Below the pieces are notes generated by a model, which was not told the origin of the DNA, ran no database searches, and worked only from the letters and a program-made list of their open reading frames with translations. This document shows positions 9,103 through 16,662 of a stretch of DNA of 34,936 nucleotides, one piece after another (positions within the stretch are counted from its first letter, which is position 1; every line of letters begins with the position of its first letter). Both the position numbers and the translations under genes were made by a program. Origin of the DNA: a virus (taxonomy: Duplodnaviria > Caudoviricetes); the IMG/VR virus record IMGVR_UViG_3300025396_000040, positions 1 through 34,936 of that record, one strand, 5' to 3'.

Positions 9103-9143
9103 CACCTATCCGCACTGGTGGCGGGCAAAATACGGATTTAACC

Positions 9144-9269
9144 CTACTTACCCTTGCGGGCTTGGCTCAGTGCAATAGCAATGGCCTGCTTTAACGGCTT
9201 GCCAGCCTTGCGCTCGCTCTTGATGTTCGAGCTGATAGCCTTGCGGGACTTGCCCTTTTTGAGCGGCAT
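9144..9269 (-). CDS. Small basic protein, 41 aa (not in ORF track)
   Basis: [41 protein letters not shown]; TAATG coupling with the upstream ORF. Confidence 0.75.
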   Translation of the reverse strand: MPLKKGKSRKAISSNIKSERKAGKPLKQAIAIALSQARKGK

Positions 9270-9430
9270 TAGATCAGGTTCTGCACAGTGGCTTCTGGTT
9301 GCCACATCTCCGCCAGGAGCATCATCGCCTCGTCCTGGTTCTCGCCTCGCGCCATGCGGACTGCCAGTGCGGCATTGAGAACCGACAGGTCAGGATCATA
9401 CAGCCCTTCGGTGTTGAACTCATCAAACAT
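9269..9430 (-). CDS. Hypothetical acidic protein, ~53 aa
   Basis: Likely start MFDEFNTEG at 9430, overlapping the terS end. Confidence 0.5.
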   Translation of the reverse strand: MFDEFNTEGLYDPDLSVLNAALAVRMARGENQDEAMMLLAEMWQPEATVQNLI

Positions 9431-9734
9431 CTCGGGGCGAATCCTTTCGAGGAAGTTCCACCACACCCATCGGCATCAGCGTCGGATCCTGACCCACTGC
9501 GACAGACTGCTGAGCCTTGCCGTACCCTCTGTCTAGTAGCTCTTTAATAGCGGCGACCCTGGTGCCTTCGTTCTCTGCTTCGGTAGCCAACCGGGCAAGT
9601 TCCCGGAAGGCTTCCTCTGCGTGCTTGGCGGCTAAAGCCTTAATGTCAACGGTTGCCTTGTTAAGCGAACCCTTAGGCCGTCCCATGCCTGCGCGTGTCA
9701 GGTTTGCCGGGTTGCCTTTGCCACTAACGCCCAT
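9423..9734 (-). CDS. Putative terminase small subunit
   Basis: GNPANL..GRPKGSLNK N-terminus and RVAAIKELLDRGYGKAQQSV motif; upstream of terL. Confidence 0.75.
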   Translation of the reverse strand: MGVSGKGNPANLTRAGMGRPKGSLNKATVDIKALAAKHAEEAFRELARLATEAENEGTRVAAIKELLDRGYGKAQQSVAVGQDPTLMPMGVVELPRKDSPRDV

Positions 9735-9756
9735 CTAAACACCGTCTAAATTAGAA

Positions 9757-10035
9757 TTACTTCGACTTCATCTTCATGCCGCCGTGCGGCTTCGTCGGGT
9801 GCTTCGGACCCATGGAACCGGAGACGCCCAGAGCGCCAGGAACGTGGCGGCTGTCCAGCATGCGGGGGTGGTGCGGGCTCGTAGTTTGGATCTGGTGCAT
9901 GGACTTGGTCGGACGGGAGCCGCTGCCGACGTGGTTTTTGTGGGGCGAGGACATCTGGGTCTTGATGGAGAGACCCTTGCCGTGCTTCGCGCTATGGCGG
10001 TTCGTCGAGCCGGGCGCGTCGTGAAGAATGGCCAT
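9757..10035 (-). CDS. His/Lys/Met-rich basic, probably disordered protein
   Basis: 92 aa; AGGAG SD; very few acidic residues. Confidence 0.7.
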   Translation of the reverse strand: MAILHDAPGSTNRHSAKHGKGLSIKTQMSSPHKNHVGSGSRPTKSMHQIQTTSPHHPRMLDSRHVPGALGVSGSMGPKHPTKPHGGMKMKSK

Positions 10036-10074
10036 CTTGTAAACTCCTGCCCCGTCGGGCGCTAATCTTTGGTT

Positions 10075-10104
10075 GATAATAAACCGTTAAGGACGTTTCC
10101 GCAA
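10075..10104 (-). promoter_or_regulatory. Candidate late promoter with overlapping CtrA-like box
   Basis: TTGCGG-N17-TATTAT; TTAA-CGGTTTA-TTATC at 10090-10075 is one mismatch from TTAA-N7-TTAAC. Confidence 0.5.
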
Positions 10105-11916
10105 TTAGCTCATAGCTTCCTGAGCGATCAGCGAAGCGCCCACCGTGCCGGCGAAACCAGACGGCGTGGTGATGGCCACGGTCAGGATGTCCGGTTGGTT
10201 GCCCTGCACATTGTTGTACAGCGGGAAGAACTGGCTCAGGTCGTAAGTCTGGAGACCACCAGACGGCAGCGGCGCGTTGTACACCACCTCTCCCCCAGTC
10301 AGTGCCGTGGCGCTAACATCCCGCTCACCGAAGCTGTTCAGAGATCCGAGGCTGTACATCGTCGCAAAGCTGGCACCCGTCAGCGTCACCGGCGAGGAGT
10401 AGGTTGAGCTGATCAGTTCCAGCGTACAGTTAGCCGACGAATAGATTTGCAAGGTCTGCGGGAGGATCTGGCCACGGTCGATCATGCCCAGGATGTAATT
10501 TCCTGAGGTGGCCGGCAGAACGGGAAGCGGGCCGCCCTGCACGTTGTCCACCACGGTGAGCGTGTTCTGCGTGTTGGCGATAATGCGGCCAACAGTGCCG
10601 AAACCGGTTTGATAGGTGATGGTCCCAGTAACCGTGCCCGACGCCGTCGTGTTGAACGTGAACGTGTTTGCGGTGACGCCAGTGATCTGCACTTGGCCGT
10701 TAATGGTGCCGGTTGCAGTTGCCCCTGCGATGATGACCCATCGGCCCACCGTGAGATAGTTGGGGCTGGCCGCCGTGGTGGCAGTGGCAACGCCGCTCGT
10801 GATCGTGATGCCGGTGATGGATGCCGTAGCGCCTCGACAGTAGATGTATTTTCCAACCCAAACGTTCGGGGTCAACGGTGTGCTGTTAAGCACAATGGTC
10901 GAAGCGGTCGCGGTCGAGCTGGCCGCCGTGATTGCCGCGCCGTTGGCCGGGAGCGTACCGTTAGCGCCGGAGTAGTTGCTGTCCACACCATATTCCATCG
11001 TGCCCATGGGACGATAGCGCAGCGACAGCAGCGGGTAACGAGTTGCAGCAGATCCAGGCGAGCGGGTCGGCGTACCAGCGGCCATGCCGTAGCCATACGT
11101 AAACCCGCGCTGTTGGTCCCGCTGTCCTTCCACGACCACCGACACACCCCAGTGGTTCATGGTTTGCGCAGCGGCAACGGTGCCGGTGTTGCGAAGCTCG
11201 TAACGAACCGGAAGGTTGCCAGTACGCGCCCACGGGATGTTTTGACCGCCGTTGCCTTGGCCGATCTGGTGGAGAGTGTAGGGTTCACCGTTGAGGATCA
11301 CACCCCAGCGCATGAGGCCGGCGCCGTACCAAGCGAACTCCATCCACATCATCTGGATCTGTTGCCAGTTCAGCGACTGAGCCACACCGTAGGGGTCTTG
11401 CCATTGGTTGAGCGGGATTATTGTGTCGTAAGGAACGCCCCTGATGTCCGAGCGGTACATCACGCACATGCCAGTCGGGTTGGTGGCGGTGGGCGTTTGA
11501 ATCTGAAACGCCATGCCGTTGGCGTCGTCTAGGAACCCGACGCGCTCAATGTGGTTTGTCGCAGGTCCACCGAACACAAATCCGGTTGCCATGTACATGG
11601 TTTTACCGGGCTGATAGCGGTGATAGGGACGGGTTTGACGGATCGCCAGGTCACCGGCGGCAGTCGTCACGGAGAGCTGGACACCACCGATGCTAGAGGT
11701 CGGCGTGATGGTGGCATTGCCGGCCGTGTAGTTCTCCCAGCGCATCGGCTGGCCGGAATATTCGAAGTCAGCTTCATACACGTTCTGATGCGACGTGATC
11801 TTGAGTCGCCCGGTGTTGTCTCGGATCCGCTGCGGGAACTGGGTGACGAGGCTGTTCTTCTCCCCAACCGTGGTCATGACGTTGGTCAGGTTGTTGAATT
11901 GGTCAATCGTCGCCAT
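10105..11916 (-). CDS. Putative virion structural protein, beta-rich, 603 aa
   Basis: IRQTRPYHRYQPGK..RVGFLDDANG..WMEFAWYGAG.MRWG..TGNLPVRYEL motifs recalled from aquatic-virus structural proteins; Thr/Gly-rich insert. Confidence 0.6.
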   Translation of the reverse strand: MATIDQFNNLTNVMTTVGEKNSLVTQFPQRIRDNTGRLKITSHQNVYEADFEYSGQPMRWENYTAGNATITPTSSIGGVQLSVTTAAGDLAIRQTRPYHRYQPGKTMYMATGFVFGGPATNHIERVGFLDDANGMAFQIQTPTATNPTGMCVMYRSDIRGVPYDTIIPLNQWQDPYGVAQSLNWQQIQMMWMEFAWYGAGLMRWGVILNGEPYTLHQIGQGNGGQNIPWARTGNLPVRYELRNTGTVAAAQTMNHWGVSVVVEGQRDQQRGFTYGYGMAAGTPTRSPGSAATRYPLLSLRYRPMGTMEYGVDSNYSGANGTLPANGAAITAASSTATASTIVLNSTPLTPNVWVGKYIYCRGATASITGITITSGVATATTAASPNYLTVGRWVIIAGATATGTINGQVQITGVTANTFTFNTTASGTVTGTITYQTGFGTVGRIIANTQNTLTVVDNVQGGPLPVLPATSGNYILGMIDRGQILPQTLQIYSSANCTLELISSTYSSPVTLTGASFATMYSLGSLNSFGERDVSATALTGGEVVYNAPLPSGGLQTYDLSQFFPLYNNVQGNQPDILTVAITTPSGFAGTVGASLIAQEAMS

Positions 11917-11918
11917 CG

Positions 11919-12233
11919 TCAGACCCTTAAATCGATTTTGCGCAGTTTATCACGACGCATCCGCTCTTCATAGGCGGCGACCCCGTGGATGATTGTGGTG
12001 TGATTGCGCCCCGCAAATAGCTTGCCGAGCAAGGGATAAGATAGACCGGAAACCTTCCTGGCTTTCCACATTGCCTCGTGCCGGATAGCTGAAATGTCGG
12101 CATGGCGGTCGTAAGACATCATCCGCGACGTACTGACCGTGTGAGCTTCCGCCACCTCCCGAATGGCTTTCTTGGCCAGCTGGTGGCGTTCTTGGATCGT
12201 CGGTTCCACGTTACCCCGCCAAATCGAGAGCAT
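11919..12233 (-). CDS. DnaA C-terminal (domain IV)-like HTH protein
   Basis: IREVAEAH..R...ISAIRHEAMWKAR..GLSYPLLGKLFAGRNHTTIIHG matches the DnaA domain IV signature; GGAGG SD before ATG 12233. Confidence 0.8.
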   Translation of the reverse strand: MLSIWRGNVEPTIQERHQLAKKAIREVAEAHTVSTSRMMSYDRHADISAIRHEAMWKARKVSGLSYPLLGKLFAGRNHTTIIHGVAAYEERMRRDKLRKIDLRV

Positions 12234-12378
12234 CGTCTGCCTCCGCTGCCCTGTTGGTTTCACCCAGTCCCCGCGGCCTGACTTTGGACCGGTAGATGCC
12301 AGCCTCCGGCAAGCCCATGTATCTGCGCCAGACTGCCCTGGCGAAGCGATACCAATTCTGTTTCTCAGCGTCGGTCAT
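12211..12378 (-). CDS. Small hypothetical protein, 55 aa (not in ORF track)
   Basis: MTDAEKQNWYRFARAVWRRYMGLPEAGIYRSKV..; ATGA overlap with the upstream gene. Confidence 0.55.
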   Translation of the reverse strand: MTDAEKQNWYRFARAVWRRYMGLPEAGIYRSKVRPRGLGETNRAAEADDALDLAG

Positions 12379-12818
12379 GATCTCAATCCCATAAGTTCCC
12401 GTGCCTTTAGCCTGCGGAGGCGGGCCTTTTCCATCAAATCTTTCCCAGCCGGCGGCATCTGGGTGATGTCCCGAGTGCCGGTCTCCTTCACCAGCATCTG
12501 GATGGCTGCCGTCTCATGCTCATCCGCCAGCATCTTCTGGATCCGCGCTTTGTCGAATAGGCTCATGCTTTCGTAAGCCACCACGGCAGCCTTCTTGGTT
12601 GGCTCGGCGAGCTGAATGCCTAACTCCCGAACGGTTCCCATCGCCTGGTCACGGATGCGCTCGTAGGCAATCATGGTGCGCGGTGTGAGCGTCATGTTGT
12701 CATACCGCCAAGTTGCACCTGACAGGTAACTGTACGCAAATTCCTCGCCATGCAGCTCCACGAACTTGGCTCGAACGTGCGCGGGTCCGTCAAATTGGGA
12801 CCTCTCCCCATCCTCCAT
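12375..12818 (-). CDS. Hypothetical protein following the replication initiator
   Basis: Probable start MEDGERSQF at 12818; position of a helicase-loader-type gene but no recognisable motif. Confidence 0.55.
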   Translation of the reverse strand: MEDGERSQFDGPAHVRAKFVELHGEEFAYSYLSGATWRYDNMTLTPRTMIAYERIRDQAMGTVRELGIQLAEPTKKAAVVAYESMSLFDKARIQKMLADEHETAAIQMLVKETGTRDITQMPPAGKDLMEKARLRRLKARELMGLRS

Positions 12819-13530
12819 CAGAGGCAATGCTTTCCGCTTCCGCCTGTTGGCGTTTCCATTGTTGGTGTCGGCGTTCCATTGCTGCGTAGTCAATTTGTGG
12901 CCCTTTCGGTTTGGTCGGCTTGGCGGATCGGAGCCAGTTCCTGGCAACGGCGTTCCAGTCGGATCTGGCGGTCTTAAATTCGTAGTCCTCAAGCTTGGTC
13001 AGTTCCTGTTCAATCTGGTCAGCCGTAAGACCGGCTTTCTCGCCGGTATCGAAAACGGAATCGTCAAATTCAAAATTAGGAGGGCAGCGCCGAGACTTGC
13101 GAGGCCCTCTCTCTTCTTTCTTCTTTATGAGTTCTGGTTCTGGTTCTGGTTGGCAGAGCGGGAAGCTGCCGGTAGCTAAAGCTGCTTCTTTGTTTTTCAA
13201 TGCCTTAGCATGCCCGCCATTTGACGCTGCCACCCTTCGCTGTCTGACAGCTTCGGTATGTCTCGTCAGTTCACGGGTCAGACGGCGTTGCGTCATTTCA
13301 CCGTTTTCGATGTCAAAAAACGCTAGCAGGGTCTCGCTCATGCGGTCCCATTGCGCCCTAGTGAGCTTGCATAGTTTGGCCAGCTTAGCGGGATTGGCTG
13401 GCAGGCTTCCACCAGATCGCCACATGCAAAACAGCAGCATCAGGTAGGCCCCGTGCTCCGTCGTGGTCAGGTGGGTTGTGTCGGCTAGATAGTCCCCGAC
13501 GTAGAGCGGCATGAATGGCGGGGATGACAT
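12790..13530 (-). CDS. DUF1376/YdaU-family phage replication protein
   Basis: PFMPLYVGDYLADTTHLTTTEHGAYLMLL..W; PEPEPE linker; DWNAVARNWLR C-terminal motif. Confidence 0.88.
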   Translation of the reverse strand: MSSPPFMPLYVGDYLADTTHLTTTEHGAYLMLLFCMWRSGGSLPANPAKLAKLCKLTRAQWDRMSETLLAFFDIENGEMTQRRLTRELTRHTEAVRQRRVAASNGGHAKALKNKEAALATGSFPLCQPEPEPELIKKKEERGPRKSRRCPPNFEFDDSVFDTGEKAGLTADQIEQELTKLEDYEFKTARSDWNAVARNWLRSAKPTKPKGPQIDYAAMERRHQQWKRQQAEAESIASDGGWGEVPI

Positions 13531-13552
13531 CGGACACCTTTACGGTTGTCCG
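13531..13552 (-). promoter_or_regulatory. Hairpin sequestering the RBS of the replication gene
   Basis: Minus-strand CGGACA-A-CC-GUAAA-GG-UGUCCG immediately before the AUG at 13530. Confidence 0.5.
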
Positions 13553-13574
13553 GCAGACGCTCTTCGCCTATCAT
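13546..13574 (+). promoter_or_regulatory. Counter-oriented sigma70-type promoter
   Basis: TTGTCC-N17-TATCAT. Confidence 0.55.
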
Positions 13575-13579
13575 CTGAA

Positions 13580-13648
13580 GGCTTTTAGCAATCGCCGGTG
13601 CATGGCGGTTTGTTTCAGAAGGGGTCGAGCGGCAAACTCGGCCCCTTC
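13580..13648 (+). ncRNA. Candidate counter-transcribed RNA or structured leader
   Basis: Non-coding stretch between the promoter above and a 12-bp stem GAAGGGGTCGAG/CTCGGCCCCTTC (13618-13648); no clear U-tract; 5' end estimated. Confidence 0.35.
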
Positions 13649-13685
13649 GCCCTAACATCCTCCAATTCTCTCAGAGAGGCAAGCC

Positions 13686-13808
13686 ATGAAGAAGCCGATG
13701 AAGTCCAAGGGCTCCAAGCAAACGCCGCTCATGAAAGCTTCTGAGATGAAGGCTATGAAGGGTGCCAAGCCGTCCAAGAAGGACATGAAGAAGGCGAAGA
13801 GCTGCTAG
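13686..13808 (+). CDS. Lys/Met-rich basic peptide, 40 aa (not in ORF track)
   Basis: MKKPMKSKGSKQTPLMKASEMKAMKGAKPSKKDMKKAKSC; GAGG SD; all but one Lys codon is AAG. Confidence 0.7.
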   Translation: MKKPMKSKGSKQTPLMKASEMKAMKGAKPSKKDMKKAKSC

Positions 13809-13981
13809 GCTCCTACCACGTTCCGCCAGTGCCATCGCACTCGGGCGCATAGCACCTGCACCTCAAGCGTCACGTAACCCGACATGGCCCACGCCTTGGC
13901 GGTCTGTTTTAGCTTGATTTCGTGGCGGCTGTAGATGGCACGGCGAACAGCTTCGTCTATTAGTTTTTCTCTCAGGACCAC
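13805..13981 (-). CDS. Hypothetical protein
   Basis: Probable GTG start at 13981, overlapping the end of the GcrA-like gene. Confidence 0.5.
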   Translation of the reverse strand: MVLREKLIDEAVRRAIYSRHEIKLKQTAKAWAMSGYVTLEVQVLCARVRWHWRNVVGA

Positions 13982-14166
13982 CGCCTGATCCTGCGGTGCT
14001 CCAGGTCCTTCATCCCGCCCTGCCACGTCGTTTGCACAAATGCTCGGGTCATGTGATACGGGCAATATATTTTCCCCCCGGTAGGTTCAGCGCAGAATAA
14101 ATGCTCGTCGGTCTGTAACACCGGCCAGTGACATTCGAATTTGCCAAGCTGACCGAGAGTTTTCAT
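13972..14166 (-). CDS. GcrA C-terminal-domain-like protein
   Basis: L..L...ECHWPV..FCAEP....YCPYH...AF equals the GcrA Cys/His domain; no N-terminal HTH. Confidence 0.75.
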   Translation of the reverse strand: MKTLGQLGKFECHWPVLQTDEHLFCAEPTGGKIYCPYHMTRAFVQTTWQGGMKDLEHRRIRRWS

Positions 14167-14498
14167 TTTTCTGCCGCCAAGCTGAGAAGGTGGAGGAACG
14201 TGTCTTCCTCGAGGTAAAACCGCCAGTCACCGTGATCGGCCCTAATCGCCAAAATTTCTACACCCGCCAGCCAGCCTTCCAGCGTCATCGGAGGGAGCTT
14301 CCGGCGTTTCACTTCGACGCGGAAAGTCTGATCCCCAAACACCATGCGAAGGTCGCCCTGGAGGCCGGCGGATCCGATGCGAGTCCCGAATGCACCAGAG
14401 GCCGGCTGCTTACGCACCGTCACGCCAGGGACACGTTCCAATAGCTTCAGCAGCTCCGTTTCACCGCGTGAGCCCTTGGATTTTGCCTTAATGGCCAC
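14163..14498 (-). CDS. Holliday junction resolvase-like PD-(D/E)xK nuclease
   Basis: KSKGSRGETEL..R.PASGA..GDL..VEVKRR; GGAG SD before GTG 14498. Confidence 0.78.
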   Translation of the reverse strand: MAIKAKSKGSRGETELLKLLERVPGVTVRKQPASGAFGTRIGSAGLQGDLRMVFGDQTFRVEVKRRKLPPMTLEGWLAGVEILAIRADHGDWRFYLEEDTFLHLLSLAAEK

Positions 14499-14658
14499 TG
14501 GGTCTCCAATGCTCGAGCGGTATTTTGGCTGCGTCGGCGATCTGAAAGGCAAGCTGTAAGCTAGGCGTACGCTTCTTGTTGGCCAGCTGGTGAGCGTAGG
14601 AATGACCTAAGCCCATTCCGCGCAACCGATCGTAAATTTGTTTTGGCGTTTCGTTCAT
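14488..14658 (-). CDS. Cro-like HTH regulator, 56 aa
   Basis: GLGHSYAHQLANKKRTPSLQLAFQIADAAKIPLEHW; first gene of the leftward arm. Confidence 0.75.
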   Translation of the reverse strand: MNETPKQIYDRLRGMGLGHSYAHQLANKKRTPSLQLAFQIADAAKIPLEHWRPSGH

Positions 14659-14753
14659 GCTGCTATGTCGCATGATGTGTTGCGAATTGCAACTTTCCTG
14701 TTGCAACGTGTGTCACAGTGTGCGACAACACATCAACAGCAAGGGAGACACAC
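14659..14753. promoter_or_regulatory. Divergent control region with mirror-image promoters/operators
   Basis: TTGCAA-N15-GCGACA on both strands (14701-14727 plus, 14692-14666 minus); TGATGTGTTG/CAACACATCA inverted repeat. Confidence 0.7.
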
Positions 14754-15101
14754 ATGAGCGTCTACACACATATCACTTGCGGCGAACTGTCCGTCGGCAT
14801 TAGCGCCACACACAATCGCCACGAAGGCTACTACGACCATGAGGTCGTCGATATCGGCATCCTTGAAGGCAAGACCGACCCGGTGACCAACAAATATGTG
14901 CACATCACGCACAGCCTGATGAAAGGCGTGGACGTGCGGTCGAAAGACATTCAGCAACTCTTCGCGAACATCCTCGAGCACTGCGATTTGGAAGCTTGGG
15001 CTGGGGAAGCTGACGCTGAAGCTAGCGATGCCTACGACTACGAAATGGACCGCCGCCGCGAGAGCGCACTGCTGGCCGGTCAAGCTGGGCGGGGGCTGTG
15101 A
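14754..15101 (+). CDS. Early hypothetical protein
   Basis: GGGAG SD and ATG at 14754; first gene of the rightward arm. Confidence 0.7.
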   Translation: MSVYTHITCGELSVGISATHNRHEGYYDHEVVDIGILEGKTDPVTNKYVHITHSLMKGVDVRSKDIQQLFANILEHCDLEAWAGEADAEASDAYDYEMDRRRESALLAGQAGRGL

Positions 15102-15307
15102 TGATCTGGCACAGTGGTGGTGACGTGATGTGGAACGGCGCTCGCTTGCAGGCTTGGCAGGCTGAGTTTTTGGATGACTTGTGGGCCGATGAATGCCGCG
15201 CTGCGTTCCAGGCTAACGACCAGCGCCACGCTCTCCGTATCCTCACCCTCCGCGATGAACTCAACGCAGCGCTCACCGCTGCAATCAATTGGAAGAAGTG
15301 CTCATGA
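15098..15307 (+). CDS. Hypothetical protein
   Basis: GTGA and ATGA overlaps with its neighbours. Confidence 0.6.
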   Translation: MMIWHSGGDVMWNGARLQAWQAEFLDDLWADECRAAFQANDQRHALRILTLRDELNAALTAAINWKKCS

Positions 15308-15900
15308 CCCCCGAATTTGCAAAGGCGCTTGTCGCCGCACAGAAGGCCACTTATCCGGTCTACAAGCAGGCCACGAACCCTGCGTTCCGTTCCAAGTACG
15401 CCGATCTGGCGGCGGTTGTTGAGGCCACCATCCCAGCACTTAATGACGCGGGGATCTCCGTCCTCCAGATGCCCGATTTTGACGGTGAACAGCTGATCCT
15501 CACCACGGTGCTAATGCACGTGTCGGGCGATAGCCTCACTCACGTCATGCGTATGCCGGTGAGCAAGCGGGATCCTCAAGGCATTGGATCGGCCACCACC
15601 TACGCCAGGCGCTATAGCCTGCTGGCTATGACCGGTGCCGCACCGGAAGATGACGACGGCAACGCGGCATCTGGCCCAGCTCCGGCAGCCAAGAAGTCCA
15701 GCGCACAGGCCAAGAAGGACGGCGACTGGGATCGCATCATGGCGGCGATCAACGGCTGCGACACCGAACAGGATCTCGACACGTGGTGGGCGAAGATGGA
15801 GCGGTTCTGGGGTCAGATGCCCGCCAGTTGGCCCGACGCTGCTGCCAATGAGGTGGAGAAGCGCCGAAACGAGATTCTGGACCGAGCTGCTGAACTATGA
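15304..15900 (+). CDS. erf: ERF-family ssDNA annealing protein
   Basis: K.ATNPAFRSKYADL..L...GI...Q..DPQGIGSATTYARRYSL.AM.G..PEDDDGN. Confidence 0.92.
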   Translation: MTPEFAKALVAAQKATYPVYKQATNPAFRSKYADLAAVVEATIPALNDAGISVLQMPDFDGEQLILTTVLMHVSGDSLTHVMRMPVSKRDPQGIGSATTYARRYSLLAMTGAAPEDDDGNAASGPAPAAKKSSAQAKKDGDWDRIMAAINGCDTEQDLDTWWAKMERFWGQMPASWPDAAANEVEKRRNEILDRAAEL

Positions 15901-16253
15901 ATAGCGGAGGCGATCAGGCAATGGCCGAGTTCCGAGTGGATGATAAGACAGTCCGGCACTGTCTTGCGATCCTCCAATCCTCAGATGCAGCCAAAGCCCG
16001 CGCGGCTTATGAATGGAGCGAAAAGCGGCTTAAGGTCATTCTTGCCCGAGAGGCCGCTGCTTCAAACGCCACGACAGAAGCAGCCAAGGAGCGTTTTGCC
16101 ATCAGCTCGGAAGCCTATTCCGTAGCGTTGGAACAATACCGACTGACTGCTGAAGACTATTTCATCGCCAAGGATCGGAGGGACGCAGCCAGCGCCACCT
16201 TCGAAGCTTGGAGAACCCTTCAATCTAACGAACGAGCTTTTGCGAGGAACTGA
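15897..16253 (+). CDS. Coiled-coil protein in the recombination module
   Basis: All-helical, ends FEAWRTLQSNER; lies between erf and the SSB-like gene. Confidence 0.65.
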   Translation: MNSGGDQAMAEFRVDDKTVRHCLAILQSSDAAKARAAYEWSEKRLKVILAREAAASNATTEAAKERFAISSEAYSVALEQYRLTAEDYFIAKDRRDAASATFEAWRTLQSNERAFARN

Positions 16254-16477
16254 TGAGCACCTATCAACAACGCCCCGGCGACATCTCCGTGTTCAAGGAG
16301 AAGACCAAAACCAATCCGAAGGCCCCCGACTGGCGGGGAACGTACACCGACCAGGACGGCATCAAGTGGGAAGTCAGTTTTTGGGAGAAGAGCGGCACCA
16401 TGCTGGCCGGGTCGATCAAGCCTGCATTCGTCAAGAGGGTTCCCACCAACAAACTGGACGATGAGATTCCGTTTTAG
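16253..16477 (+). CDS. Small SSB-like protein
   Basis: K..NPKAPDWRG..VSFW.K..LAGSI beta core with acidic DDEIPF tail. Confidence 0.65.
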   Translation: MSTYQQRPGDISVFKEKTKTNPKAPDWRGTYTDQDGIKWEVSFWEKSGTMLAGSIKPAFVKRVPTNKLDDEIPF

Positions 16478-16489
16478 GGATCGGTTAAC
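16474..16489 (+). promoter_or_regulatory. CtrA-like box
   Basis: TTAG-GGATCGG-TTAAC, one mismatch to TTAA-N7-TTAAC; extra TTAAC half-site at 16504-16508. Confidence 0.45.
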
Positions 16490-16527
16490 TTTCCCGCGAT
16501 AAATTAACACAACAGAGGAGACACGTT

Positions 16528-16662
16528 ATGTGGAATTACGTACCCAAGCAGAAGAACTACGGCATCTTTGGCACCATGACCGGTCCGCAAGTGGCCCGCA
16601 TCCTGATTGAGGGTGTGGTGCTGGGTCTGGTGATCGTCACTGCACTGGTGCTTTGGCTGTGA
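16528..16662 (+). CDS. Small single-pass membrane protein, 44 aa (not in ORF track)
   Basis: GAGGAG SD; MWNYVPKQKNYGIFGTMTGPQVARILIEGVVLGLVIVTALVLWL. Confidence 0.7.
   Translation: MWNYVPKQKNYGIFGTMTGPQVARILIEGVVLGLVIVTALVLWL

Noticed and set aside
10609-11532. Plus-strand 307-aa ORF (similarly 21883-22893, 23756-24445, 29109-29828, 33779-34435)
   Set aside because: Antisense to convincing genes, with Arg/Gly-rich shadow composition
12375-12992. 203-nt overlap suggesting a programmed frameshift in the replication genes
   Set aside because: An internal ATG at 12818 reduces the overlap to 29 nt; no slippery site noticed
13130-13152. (GGTTCT)n tandem repeat as replication iterons
   Set aside because: Explained by the encoded PEPEPE linker; an origin inside this gene is possible but not demonstrable by eye
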